Positions 35,280 through 47,851 of a stretch of 64,000 bases of DNA are shown here, piece by piece (within the stretch, counting starts at the first letter, position 1; each line of letters begins with the position of its first letter). The DNA is from Takakia lepidozioides (taxonomy: Eukaryota; Plantae; Bryophyta). Both the position numbers and the translations under genes were made by a program. The notes under the pieces are model-generated. The model worked only from the letters and a program-made list of their open reading frames with translations. It made no database searches and was not told where the DNA came from. The DNA lies in NCBI GenBank assembly GCA_030704615.1, contig CM060731.1:6138001-6202000 (forward strand), given 5' to 3'.

Positions 35280-38200
35280 GGGCCACTCAATTTCCCCCAA
35301 ATGAACCTATCTCTGTGCTCATGGAATGTGCGGGGCATTGGCTCCCACCACTCTGCACTTAAAAGAGCCAGAGTTAGAAGCTGGGCCTCCACAATTCTTC
35401 GAGGTTCTAATCTCATTTTCCTACAAGAACACAAGTTAGATCAACACAAAATAGACTCCTTGGGAGCTACCATATGGCCATCTGCCACTGCTTTTTGGAA
35501 CCCAACAGTTATAGACTCAAGAGGTGGCAGAGCCATACTGGTTTCCCTTCTCTCCATCAATCCATCACTGCCAATGAGGTCTGGATCCAAGGTAGAGTCC
35601 AGTTTCTAGTTATGAATCTGGGTCAATCTCTGGGAGAGGTGGGTCTACTAAACACCTATGCCCCCAATGGGGAAGAGGAAAGAGTTCTTTTTTTGAACCA
35701 GGTCAGGGATAAAATGTTGCAGCACCCGCACATCCAGCACTGGCTCATGGGAGGAGACTTCAACATGGTGGAAGAGGAGACAGATAGGCTGGGAAGGTCA
35801 GCCCACGGGCTCTCCACAGTGGAAAAAAACTCCTGGGATGCACTATGCTTGACTATGGGCCTCCTTGACGCAACAGCTCCATGTCAGGGTGACTTGAAAT
35901 TTACCTGGACCAACAACAAAGACCCGCCAAATTTATGCCAAGCGCGCTTGGACATATTTTATTGCTCACCTGCTCTCCTAGCTTGGACCAAGAGCATCCC
36001 ATTGCAACCCATTCTGCTGGATTTTGATCACGCCTCAGTCCACATCTTCCTTAACACTCCAGGCTCTAGGGTAAAGGCCGGCAGAGGATTTTTCAAGCTG
36101 AATCCATCTATTCTCCAAGACCCAGAGGTGGTTACTTCCTGAAGAATGAGTGGACCTCGGCGGTGATTCCTTATTCTTCCCCCACGTTGCGTTTCCTGGC
36201 AAAGCTGGACAGGCTGAGAGACCTATGTAAAGACATCTCCAGGAAAAAAGCAGTGGAAAAAAGCAGAAGATTGAAAGCACTGACAAAATGTTTGGAGGTT
36301 TGTCAGTTCCAATTGCAGTCCGGACACGAGGGTCCTCAGACAATGGCATCTTATAAATCTGCAAAGAGGAACCTTTCCCTGTTGCTGAACGCCAAAGAGC
36401 AATTTATGAAGACCAAGGCCGGTGTAAATTGGTCCCTCTAGGGAGAAAAGATGACAAAGTATTTCTTTGTAAAAGCAGCGCAAAGAAGAGCCGCAACGCT
36501 GGTTCCAGCTCTGAGAGACTCATCTGGTCAATACATTGACAGCCCTAAAAACATGGTATCGGTGGCTACAACTTATTTCCACAATCTGTTTCAAAGGCAA
36601 CAGTCAACAAAGCATAAGGAGACTGCCACTAAAACCCTCTTGCGTCATATCCCGTGTTCTCTTTTTCAGTCAGATAAAACCAGCTTGGCGGCCCCTTTCA
36701 CCATGGAATAATTGGGACAGGCGGTGAAAGCTATGGCTTCCATGAAATCGCCAGGTCTTGATGGTCTTCCAATCGAGCTCTTCAAAGCACTATGGCTCAC
36801 CATAGGAGAAGACTTCCTCTTGATGGCCAATGACATCCTTAGGAAAAAGATATACCTTCGCAGATATTGCAAGGGCTCATTATCCTCATTTTCAAAAAGG
36901 GAGACACGGAAGACATGGCCAATTATCGCCCCATTACTCTGTTAAATTCCACCTATAAGATCATTGCAAAGGCCCTGGCCTTGAGGCTGCAGCCACTGTT
37001 GCCAAAGATCATCAGAAAAGATCAAACATGTTTCCTAAAGGACCGCATGATCCTTGACAACATCCTGCTGGCCTATGAGGCCCTGCACAGAGCTCAAATC
37101 AACAATCAACCGCTGGCATTTTTAATGCTTGACTTTGAGACAACGTTTGACTCCATCGACTGGAGCTTTCTGATGGGGGCTCTTCAGAGAACAGGGCTGG
37201 AGGGGCCGTTCCTGGACTGGGTTCACATTCTACTACACTCAACAACAAGCAAAGTCATGGTAAATGGTGTGGTATCCCAGGCTTTCCCCATATCCAGATC
37301 TGTGAGGCAAGCCTGCAAGGGTGCCCGCTGGCCCCGTTCCTCTTCTTCATAGTTGCGGACTCACTGGGTCATCTCTTGGATTTCAGACAAGACATTCTTG
37401 GCCTCCAACTGCCCACGCTACATCTGAAGATGCTAAAGGTGTCCATGTACACAGATGAGACATGCCTCCTCCTAGATAACTCCACACGAAGTAACATTTA
37501 CAGAGCCCTTGAGGCACTTCTCACCTTCTGCCTAGGATTGGGGCTTAAGGTAAACTGGAAGAAATATATGGTTATTCTATCTCTGTTGCAAAACGGGGTG
37601 GGCACGGTTCATTGTCAAGCATGGGGGGCAGAGCTGGGATTGGTTACAGGAAGGCCAGACTCACACTTTGCTCGGTCACCATATTGGACTCAATATGTCA
37701 CAGCAGACCAGACTAAAAGCTGTCATTGCAAAATTTAATGAAATTTATCCTTCTGGTGTGCAACCATGCTATCCATTTTGGGAAGGGCTCTGATAGCAAA
37801 CCAGGTGCTTGAAGCCTCAATCTGGTTCTTTGCAGCGGTGTGGGATCCGTGACAAGACCATGGTCAAGGAAATTAAGGCCCTTGTACGTAACTTCATATG
37901 GGGTGCCACAGCAGCGGCGCCGGTGAGAAGAGCACTGCTCTCCTGGGAGCAGCTATGTCAGAAAAAAAAAACAGGGTGGGCTTGGGATTATTGATCCTAC
38001 TGCTCAAATCAAGGCGTTGCTTGCAAAATGGATTCCTCGGAAATTAACACACAGGAACTCGCCGTGGAGCAAGCTCGTTCAGCCTTACTTGATGGGATCC
38101 CTACCTACAACCTCTCACCTCTGGGCTCAGTCACTAAGATGGATCGTTCAAGGTAAAAATGCTGTAGTCTCATTGGGCTCCAGACCATGGCAGTCCATAT

Positions 38201-39520
38201 GGAAAGCGTGGCATTGCATGAGAGGCAATCTCACACAAAGAATGCCAGCAAACCAGCAAGAATGCTTACGGCAACCTCTATTTGCTAACTACAATATGGC
38301 CTCGGGAATTCTTCTTTCCCAATCCCCAAGATGGGCTTTCTGGGAAAGCCAGGGATTCACTCACATTGCAAATATGCGGCTAGAGGGACAATTCATGAGT
38401 GAGGCAACGGTCTCTGGAATAGTGGGCAGTAGAAGAGCTAGGGCATGGAACACCCTTCTTTCCAATGTGCCTCAATATATGATTCCCCTCCTCAATGACA
38501 CAGACCACAGATACAGAACCCCTGCTTGGATGGCATCTACACAAACGAATCAGATTCCAGTCGTTCTAGTTATGTCATCTACAAGACTACTGGCGTCTGG
38601 TCTGGGCTTTATTACAGACCAAGAGGGTCGTCTCACATATGCAGAAATGGTGGAAATGGATTGGTCTACCTTATTTCATATCAGGCTGCTGGACAGTCTT
38701 GGGAACCCCAACCCAATGCCTCCTCTAGGATTGGAAGCTCTTTGGGCTCGTCAAGAGTCTCTAACCTGGTTCCTACAATGCCCCTTGGCTGATTTGCAAT
38801 TCGACCCTGCGGAATGGAGGTGGATGGATAAGAAAAAAACACCTTTCTTTTCCAACTCTGTCAAAAAAGGATATGCTCCCATCAACCCGCCACGCTCCTT
38901 CGCATACAAATGGTCTTCCAAATGGGGCAACTTGCAATTGAGCCAGAACACATGGAAAAACATTTGGAAAGACAGACCATCCAAGCTCTCAGGGTTCATC
39001 TGGGAGCTCGCGCATAGAATTCTTCCTGTCAAACAGAGGACTCACGAGGATAATCCCACCTGCACATTGTGTCTGGCAGAGCCAGAATCGATTGAGCATT
39101 GCTTACTGCTTTGCAACCTGTCAAACAAGATATGGAGAATGGTCATCTCCTTCTATTCTCACTGGGATACCTTTCCAGACCCTCCACCCCAATCTTTGCT
39201 TTTGCTAAACTTTCTGCCTGACAAACCACAAGTTCTCTGTCCAGTGTGGGCTGCTTTCAGAGCACTCACCTTATGAAACTTGTGGAAATGCAGATGTGCT
39301 TGGGTTTTTGAGGCGAAACCCCCCAGAGGCAGATCAATACTCTTTCATACTTACCATGATCTGCTTACTGAGGGGAGGAAAACGTGGTTTAATGTGTGTG
39401 CAGCTATTCCCAGAACTTCGGAGCAACGGGGGAGGAAGCTGCTTCAAGACTTCTATGACTCTTGGGGAAAAAGCAGCGTGCTCGGCTCCGGTGTTTCCAA
39501 CACGCGCTTTGAATGAAAAC
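35280..39520 (+). mobile_element. L1/Tx1-type LINE ORF2 (EN-RT-zinc finger), disrupted
   Basis: EN: SWNVRG, FLQEHK, YAPN, GGDFN, ARLD and DH. RT: KSPGLDG, NYRPITLLN, LDFE, VRQ.CPL and YTDE. CCHC: CTLC...ESIEHCLLLC. Multiple stops and frameshifts. Confidence 0.92.
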
Positions 39521-39995
39521 AATCAATCCCCCCGGGACCCCTGCACCCGTACTTCTCGTATACAGGTTCAAATTTGCCTCCAAACGTACCACACCCTTGC
39601 CCCGTTACCGTATACGCCGTTAAGGGCGGACACTGAACCCCCTCTTTTTCACTGAATCCGTGCACGATGTTGAGTCTCCTGAACCCGTTCCTCAACCGAG
39701 TCGTTCCGACCAGGGATATGTCGGAGCGCACCTCCCAGCCTCTCGCTTCCAATCTAGTTGTTGTGCTTCGGCAGTGAAGCCAGGCGGTGGGTCCCGAACG
39801 TGATATGAGAACATAGCTGGAAACCCAGCAAAGCGGGAACATAGGATACAAGGGCGTAACGAGGGGCAAGGGTGTGGCTACGAGCAGCCGTCCCTTCACA
39901 CACCTTTGGAGAGTCCGGAACCAACCCCTTCACAATAGCTATAGAGGGGCCATTTCAGTGAGAAGGGCGGGGATGCTCTTATGTAAGGACTTACA

Positions 39996-40168
39996 GGACA
40001 TAAAAGATTTTGGGGACAGATTTATGTGTTTTTTTGAGGCAAATCAAGAAACAGAGGTTTGTCGTTCCATGGTGGTGACGTATTTGGTATGCGACATTCA
40101 TAAACAGCTCATTATGGCTTGCAGTCAATCATAGGCCCCATAAATCTGCCCCCAAAACCCTTTATGCC
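39996..40168. mobile_element. MITE-like element with about 30-bp imperfect TIRs
   Basis: GGACATAAAAGATTTTGGGGACAGATTTATG versus CATAAATCTGCCCCCAAAACCCTTTATGCC (inverted). Confidence 0.5.
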
Positions 40169-42203
40169 AGGGACGCGCCCCAGGGTGCATTCTGCCACCT
40201 AGTTTGTCTCAGCCTACCGGCCTCGGTCCTAGTGCCTCACTATGAGGCAGACTGTGCCCTAGGGGACGCATTCTCTAGGAGGTTGGGTGGCCTGTGAGCA
40301 TGCTCATGTGAACTAAAACATTTATATAGACCAGCGTCCGGGAAATAATTTCAGTTGAACCAGCCAATGGCCCTTCATTCTGAGAACCAACCGGCTAAGT
40401 GGGTTGGGGAGTTGGTTGCTTCCCCTTAATGGTAACTGCAATAGTCAATTTCCTATGTGAACATACTCGGTAAACTTCCGAAGGTTTCAATTTTCACTCG
40501 GAAATCCTCGAAATCAGTCGGCTAGCATGTAACTGACTGCCGGTTCTCGACGTTGGTTGATATAGACTCCTGAAATAGCGAAACAAAAATACGCTCAGGC
40601 GTCAAAATTGTGAAACTACTTCAAAATTTCTGCTCACGCAAAATGATTTTTATTTTCATTTTTTTGGTTTGTTTTGCCAACGAAACACATTATGCTCGAG
40701 TGAGCACAAACTTGGAGAGAGTTTCGTTAGCGAAATGCTGCCATTTTCGTTTCTGTGGGTTTTTTGCACCAAAGAAACTCATTGTGCCCTTTTGAAGTAG
40801 TTTTGCTAGCGAAATACTGCTGTTTATAATATTAAAAGTAGTATTTATCTACAGGTAGCACTACTAAGCCCAGTGGTTGGGTATTTGCTAGTGGTTGGGT
40901 AAATGTGCCTTGCCTATGCGTAACCTGGGTGATCCTGGGTTCAATCCTTCAACATGTGCCTTCAAACCGTCCATTGATGGGCTGTGTTGAGCAGTAGGCT
41001 CTCTAAATTCACTAGACGTTAAAGAAACTTTAACTTTCATATGTTAAGTTTTACAGAGGGTTTTAGCTAAAATTTAACTAACACTATTAACGTAGCAGTA
41101 TCCTATGTCGGCCTATGACTTATTTTTTCCGTTTGCAAACATATTACCCCTATAACCATGGACTGTGCTAAGCTTGTTTTTTTCCTATGCTCATGCCTTT
41201 TCTGCTCAGGGGATTCCAACCCCCTTCTGTAGTACAAAAAGGACGAGACTCCAAGAGAAACGCCTCTAAGTCCTAGCCGTTTCGTGAAAATTTCTTTGTG
41301 AGAATTGCGGCGCTACATTGCGCCATCCACAAATCCCTTGAACATTTGCTACTAGAAAGACCCATTTAAATCGGTTTCTCTTTTGGTGATTTCAAAGTAA
41401 GATCTTCCTTACAACAAAGTTTTGAAGGCCGCTGCCGTCCCCTATGGCCAATGAAAAGTCCGAAAAAGTCCAAAAAAGTCCCAGACTCCATCTGGTTGCT
41501 GCATTGCTGACCCGTAGCTGGTCTGGTGCCTGGTCTGGTCTAGGAAGTTTTCCCATCTTTGGTGTGTAGCCTAGTCTTTCCCAAGGTTTTTTATTCACTC
41601 GTCAGCTGAGGATTTTGTATGGAAAATTCCCCATTTGAGATTCCAAAGCCAGAGAACCAAACAGCCATATTGCATCTCATCCAGATATGATACCCTCTGT
41701 GCTGAGACTTGTAAAACCATCCATTCCTTTTCTTCCCACTTTTACAATTCTGAGTAAAGCCAAATCTTTTGTCAAGGACGTGCCTGTCTGCTTTCTGAAC
41801 TGTCCCATCCCTTCTACAAATACTGCCTTTTGGATACAATGCAACTCTTAAATATTACACACAAAAAGGAATGCAGATACTGTGGCACAATGTCCTCGCA
41901 ATGGTAAGAGCTGTGTAAGAAATCGGGGCAGACTACATTCCATATCCATAGACTTAGTCCCCAGTCCGATCATTAGCAAGTAAAGCAAAGAGTATCAGCT
42001 GTGAGGAACTGGGGACATCTAGATCTACCCCAGCCCCCTCAACATATGAGCCCTCCCAACACTTGTTTCTGCTGCTGCTGCTACAAACAACCCACATGCC
42101 GCAGCGATAGCTCGTGACAACAGGGGAGGTTCCTGAGGTCAACCTCCTGTTTCGCTGGCCACCACCTGGATGTGAGATACCAAATGTGTCGGGAACATTG
42201 GGC

Positions 42204-44304
42204 TTAAAACCCGTGGATCTTGATCAGATCCTTCTTCACAACACCAGCCTGTCTCACCCAATTCAACATGTGAGATACTAAAAGGTGTCAAAGAACCTTG
42301 GACTGATGGATCCAATGGCAGAGCTTGTATCTAAGAGTCTTCTGTTCACGAAGTCAATAGTTCTAAACTTGGAATTGGAGACTTAAGATGACAACATGGA
42401 AAATCAATGAGCACCTGTACAAGAAAATGTGAAACATTCTTGCGCTGGTCACCCTGCAACTGTATCACCTGTATTACATCCAGCATGCGAATCATGTTAG
42501 GACACCACCATGGGACAAGTTACAGACGAAATCTTAAAAAACAAGGCCTCCCTCTCTACCCTTTCAAAACAAATTACTGTTGAGATCATCATGGGTTGGA
42601 GACAACCATGCTGCTGGTCTAAAAAGGCAAGCAACCACCTCCCTGACATCACAGCCACGACACTTCCTATCCTGCCAATAGACACAAGTGGCATCCTTTA
42701 TCTAAGATTGTACCACAAGTTGAAGCCGTGCTGGAAGAAAAGATTTCAGAGCTGGCAAATAGAAAGAGACGTACCTGACCCAGCTCAGGGTCTTGCACAA
42801 CTGTCCCGTTGCAACAGAACTCCTGGACACAACAGAAAACGCGCATAGCCTATACATTAAGAGCTGTTTTCTTTCAACAGTCTGACAAGGCACAGTGAAA
42901 GTCACGAATCTACCCAATATGACAGAAAACCACACAGTTGCTAAAGGCAGCTTTCAGCAACCATATGAGAATAATGAAAATTTAGGTCAAAACTTATGAC
43001 CAAGAGTCGCGTCCCAACAATTCAAGCATTACCAAATTCAGTGAAATTAAGAAAGTGTAGCAAGAATCTCACGCATAGATGACCTACTTGCTCAAGACAT
43101 CCAAGGACAAAGAGAGATGCAAGTAGTTCAAACCTTTTTGAAGTCTTTGAGAATTTTACTGTAGTTGAACTCCTTCTTCAGACCCTGCACGGTTGTTAAA
43201 CTCTTTCTTCCGTTGCGCTGCTGTACCCGGACATGAACATAGTCTTTCGACCCTGCCCCTGAATCCTCAGCATTGGCCTCTGCAAATGGATCTGCATTCC
43301 CAACACACCAAGTCACAACACAGCAGGGCAAGCCTATCCATTTCATGCTTGATCCCAACCATACATCCAAAATGATAGCCCCACAACTCATCCTGGACAG
43401 TCCAAACAAGAGATCCAAGATGGACCTCTAGCCATGTAGAAGTAAAGTAGGGTGTAATATACGTCAGCTTGAACTTAATATGCTTGGAAAGAATGATAGA
43501 TCCCCGTTACAGAATCTGGAATATAGATGAAAGTATCAGAGAGAAAACCAAAGATCTTATCCGAGCTATACCATGCCGCAGACGATTGCCAACTAAGTAC
43601 CCAATTCCTACCTTACAATCATGACAAAGCAGTACTGATTTGTCCATGTAGCAATCCACATCTTTGCCCGAAATACAAAGCACTTGACACGCTTTAAAAC
43701 CCTTCCGGAAAGCAAAAAAGTTCAACTAAACTCATCTTAGTAACGAGGGTGCTGAAGGCATCTGCCATCAGCAATAACATCATCCTTGGCAACCATTAAA
43801 GGATGAAGAACTAGACATACCGCCCCAACAGAGATTAACTTTGTCAATCCTTACTGTACAATTATCCGCAACAACCATGAGCGACACGACTAGTATTAGC
43901 CAACAAACTGAGCTTTCCCACGAAGATTAACCTACTATGGTAGCGATGCTGCTCAGCCGGACCAGAATCCAGCACGTCAATTCAGCACATGTTGCTACCA
44001 TTTCCTTACCAGACCTCACAAAAATAAGGTTTCCACACACTTTCTCTGCATGCCCAATTCAGGGCACGACTTACTGCGCATCTTAGACTCACCGCAGACG
44101 CGTCGACCTTACTTCTCAACACCCATACAGCATAGTATCCAGGAAGATCGGCATCAAAGCTCTCGCCCTTATATGGCTAGACCAGTCTATGCAACAAACA
44201 AGGGACTCTACCTCCCCATCACACAATCCACAAACAAGAACAAACCGGTATGGTCAGCGTAGCGTACCGAAGGCGCCAGGGATCTGAATATCGAGATCTG
44301 ACAT
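42204..44304 (-). CDS. SUI1: Translation initiation factor eIF1 (SUI1), 113 aa, 5 coding exons
   Basis: Exons 44304-44268, 43291-43134, 42822-42775, 42468-42415 and 42248-42204, all GT-AG. MSDLDIQIPGAFDPFAEA...HVRVQQRNGRKSLTTVQG...EFCCNGTVV...QLQGDQRKNV...IKIHGF*. Confidence 0.97.
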
Positions 44305-44761
44305 GAACCTTAGCTGAGATCACACAATCCAACTGTCTCTGACAACTTGTCGCCTTCCTCTCTGCCTTCTTCGGAAAACCACAACACGGAAAACCTCCGC
44401 AAGATCCACGCAAGAGATGCTTGGAGATAGAGAGACGGAGAGACTGAGACGGTGTGAGAATGGATCCATAGAGTGCGGTGACACACATATACCAAGCAAC
44501 TACGGTAGTTGGCCTGCTGCTCTTCTTCCTGCGTGTTTCCAATCCCTTCGCACGGCCCCGTTGTGACGTGTGTCGCACCCTCGCTGTCGCTTCCCTTTTT
44601 CTTTTGTATCATCCTTCTCCTATTTTTCAACAATTGATTTTTTTGTTTTTGTTTTTGTTTTTTAAACCTATTAAACTTTTGTTGCTTTATTGGCTCTGTC
44701 CCTTCAGGGCAGAGACTTTGCATCATGTTGAAGTCAATGGAGAAAAAATGGTCAACTGACC

Positions 44762-45198
44762 TTACACCGCGTCAAGACTGTCATTGCTTTAGAATGTATG
44801 TGACATGTGATGAACTATGTTTACACCGCGTCAAGACTGTCATTGCTTTAGAATGTATGTGACATGTGATGAACTATGTTTACACCGCGTCAAGACTGTC
44901 ATTGCTTTAGAATGTATGTGACATGTGATGAACTATGTTTACACCGCGTCAAGACTGTCATTGCTTTAGAATGTATGTGACATGTGATGAACTATGTTTA
45001 CACCGCGTCAAGACTGTCATTGCTTTAGAATGTATGTGACATGTGATGAACTATGTTTACACCACGTCAAGACTGTCATTGCTTTACAATGTATGTGACA
45101 TGTGATGAACTATGTTTACACCACGTCAAGACTGTCATTGCTTTACAATGTATGTGACATGTGATGAACTATGTTTACACCGCGTCAAGACTGTCATT
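44762..45198. repeat. 59-bp minisatellite, about 7.4 near-identical copies
   Basis: Unit TTACACCGCGTCAAGACTGTCATTGCTTTAGAATGTATGTGACATGTGATGAACTATGT; only a few substitutions, in the last units. Confidence 0.97.
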
Positions 45199-45820
45199 GG
45201 TCAAAATGATCAACTAACTTTCCACTGTGTAAAGAGGCCTAAAAAAAATCTTAAATCTAAATTATTTCGTAAGCATGCAAAATCCCTATTAGCGTAAAAG
45301 TTTGTACATATAAGCTTTTTAAAAAAAAAGAAAAAAGAAAGGGGACAGTGGCCCTTTTAATCAAATTAAATGAAAGAAGGAGTCAACACTGGTGGAAAAA
45401 ATAACCACCAAGGGGGAACTTCCCCGTCACCCTAGCGAACCTGCTAAGAAGGAAGAAAAGAAAGATGTCGAAAGAAACTGGAGCTGTAACTGAGCAGCAA
45501 GCGAGAAAGATGATACGAGGAAGGATTTGGAGCTGGAAGCTGAGAAGAGAGTCCACCGAGTCCCAAAACTTTGGTACCGAGAGGGGACAGAATGGCAGGA
45601 AATAGTAACCGAAGCAGCCATCATGTAGAGTAACTCTTTGAGATCCGGAGCTGCGACAGGAGTTGAGGGAGGTGAGGCAGCTGAGCAGAGCCGCAGGTAT
45701 CAGCATCAGAACTTGAGCTGAGTCTTCATGGACTAAACTCTGTTTGATGCCCGTGGGGAGTTGTGCATCAAAGTGAACATTTTTGGCATTGGTCATGAAT
45801 GCAGCTCATGTGACGGAGCG

Positions 45821-47851
45821 CTACAGTTGATCAGATGTGGGTGCAGGAGATATGGAACCCTGCAAGTTGGCCAAGTAATACCGGGATCGACCCAAGGCCA
45901 TGAGCGGGAAGTAGTGTCGGTACATGTGATATCGCATCATGAATGCTCGGCTCATCTCTTTGCCCTGCTGCACCTGCGAGCTGGACGATCGGAGGTCCAC
46001 ATTACCACCTCCTGCATACCCAGGAAATCCTGTGCCTGTGAAGTATTCCTCGCGCCATGACCCCTCGCTAGTTTGTGTGCGCACAAGATAGTCCACTCCG
46101 TTTCTGATGGGTTGAAGGTAAGCGGCGGAGCCTTGAGCCAGTAAGGCCATCAGTGCCCACCCGGTCTGTGACGGAGTGCTGGGACCCACGCCGCGCAAGC
46201 TTTGATCGACGTAAGAAGCACAAGATTCACCCCATCCGCCGTCTTCGTTTTGGTGGGCCACCAGCCAGGTGCAAGCTTTCTGCACATACAAGGATTCCAT
46301 GTTCTCGCCCACGGCTTGCAGTGCGGGCAACACGCAGCCGACCCCGTAGATGTGGTTCACACCCCACCGACCAAACCAGCTGCCATCTTGCTCTTGCTCC
46401 GCTCGGATGTATTTCACAGCACCGGCAACCAAGGGGTCCTTGATGGTGCGTCCCAACACACCAAGAGCTTGCACAACATGCGCCGTCACGTCCACTGACG
46501 GCGGGTCAAGGACCTCCCCGAAATCGCAGAATGGGAGCATGCATAGCAACTGGTTGGTGTTGTCTTTGTCGAACGCGGCCCATGCACCGTTGCTACACAC
46601 CATGCCCGTGATCCAACCAAGAGCCCGCTCCAAAGCCATCGTTACCCGTTTCCTGTCAGGGTAGGAGGCCGCGGTGCTCAGCACGATCATGGCAACCGCT
46701 GTATCGTCTAGGTCCGGATAGAATGCGTTTTCAAACTGGAAACACCAACCCCCTGGCAATGCATCTGGCACCTTGACGCACCAATCCCCTTTAGCCAACA
46801 CTTGTTTATCGAGGATGTAGTTGAGAGAGAGTGCGAGTTTGGGATCCTTAAAATCGATCCCACAATCTAGCAAACTTAGTTGCATCAGCAAAGTGTCCCA
46901 AATGACTGACGTGCAGGGTGGGGTGTAGGTGCCGCGCGTGGTCTCTGCTGCAAAAGGGGCATCGAAAGCCCGGATGCCGCTGCGGACGGCTGGGTGATCC
47001 AGGCCAAAGCCCTCACAGCTCAACGCCATCAACGAGTACACCCAAGGAGGTTGTACACCACACCAAGTGCCGTCAGAATCTTGTCGCCTAAGGATCCAGG
47101 CCAAGCAGCATGCGATGGCCACCTCACGGCCAGGCTTGAAACGGCTCTTACCATACCATATGAGGAACTTGTCCAAGTAGAAGAATAAACTTTCACAGAC
47201 ATGTCTGGCGAGATTTGAAAGAGTAGTTTTCTTGCTTTGACGTCGTTGTCTCATGTCCTCTGGTTCATGGAGCTCATGACAACGAAAGTCGAGTGGCAGC
47301 CTACGTACTGGGCGCCGAGCAGAAAGGATGGTCAGGGGGACGATTGTTCCCCTTGCCCAGCAGCTAAAGTTGTAAAGATTGAACGGCAAGTATTGTGGTA
47401 GGAAGATTATTTCTGGGGGCACGCAAGGCACATCATCCCATGACCATTCTCCGACCAGAGCTAACCAAATTTTCGTGAACACGCGGGTCGCTGGAAGTCC
47501 ACCATGTTCAAAAATCCATTTTCGAGCCGCTACCATGGATGCTTCATTGGGTGGGGATCCCGACGCTTTTAAGGCCACATAACACTCGACGGTGGTGCTA
47601 AGGTCACCTGCAGGAGCTTGATGATACGTGTCCCAGGATCCGTCAGTTCTTTGCAGGCTCCGAATGCAGCGCACGACTTCATCTTTCTTTGGGTCATCAG
47701 TAACGCCCAGGAAATGCATAGCCAGAATCCACTCGGCTTCAATTGTACAGCCTGATTCCACCTGGCCCGCCCAATAGCCCTCTGGATTCTGCTTACGGAA
47801 ACTCCACTCAATTGCATTGTTGATGACCTGATCAAGCTGTGTTCCATCCAT
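45821..47851 (-). CDS. shc: Squalene-hopene cyclase (bacterial type), 676 aa uninterrupted ORF
   Basis: Catalytic YPDLDDTA (DXDDTA; oxidosqualene cyclases have DCTAE), QW repeats (QNPEGYW, QRTDGSW, QDSDGTW, QEQDGSW, QNEDGGW, QTSEGSW), PFCDFGEVLDPPSVDVTAH, GRWGVNHIYG, GTGFPG and YFPLMALGR. Confidence 0.96.
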   Translation of the reverse strand: MDGTQLDQVINNAIEWSFRKQNPEGYWAGQVESGCTIEAEWILAMHFLGVTDDPKKDEVVRCIRSLQRTDGSWDTYHQAPAGDLSTTVECYVALKASGSPPNEASMVAARKWIFEHGGLPATRVFTKIWLALVGEWSWDDVPCVPPEIIFLPQYLPFNLYNFSCWARGTIVPLTILSARRPVRRLPLDFRCHELHEPEDMRQRRQSKKTTLSNLARHVCESLFFYLDKFLIWYGKSRFKPGREVAIACCLAWILRRQDSDGTWCGVQPPWVYSLMALSCEGFGLDHPAVRSGIRAFDAPFAAETTRGTYTPPCTSVIWDTLLMQLSLLDCGIDFKDPKLALSLNYILDKQVLAKGDWCVKVPDALPGGWCFQFENAFYPDLDDTAVAMIVLSTAASYPDRKRVTMALERALGWITGMVCSNGAWAAFDKDNTNQLLCMLPFCDFGEVLDPPSVDVTAHVVQALGVLGRTIKDPLVAGAVKYIRAEQEQDGSWFGRWGVNHIYGVGCVLPALQAVGENMESLYVQKACTWLVAHQNEDGGWGESCASYVDQSLRGVGPSTPSQTGWALMALLAQGSAAYLQPIRNGVDYLVRTQTSEGSWREEYFTGTGFPGYAGGGNVDLRSSSSQVQQGKEMSRAFMMRYHMYRHYFPLMALGRSRYYLANLQGSISPAPTSDQL

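Noticed and set aside
40880-40950. tRNA gene or tRNA-derived SINE (box-B-like GGTTCAATCC)
   Set aside because: No cloverleaf, tail or TSD could be established; too weak to call.
44762-45198. CRISPR array
   Set aside because: Units are contiguous and nearly identical with no unique spacers; this is a minisatellite.
45821-47851. Bacterial contamination, or oxidosqualene cyclase
   Set aside because: Flanked by spliced plant genes with a splice acceptor upstream; the motif is DLDDTA rather than DCTAE.
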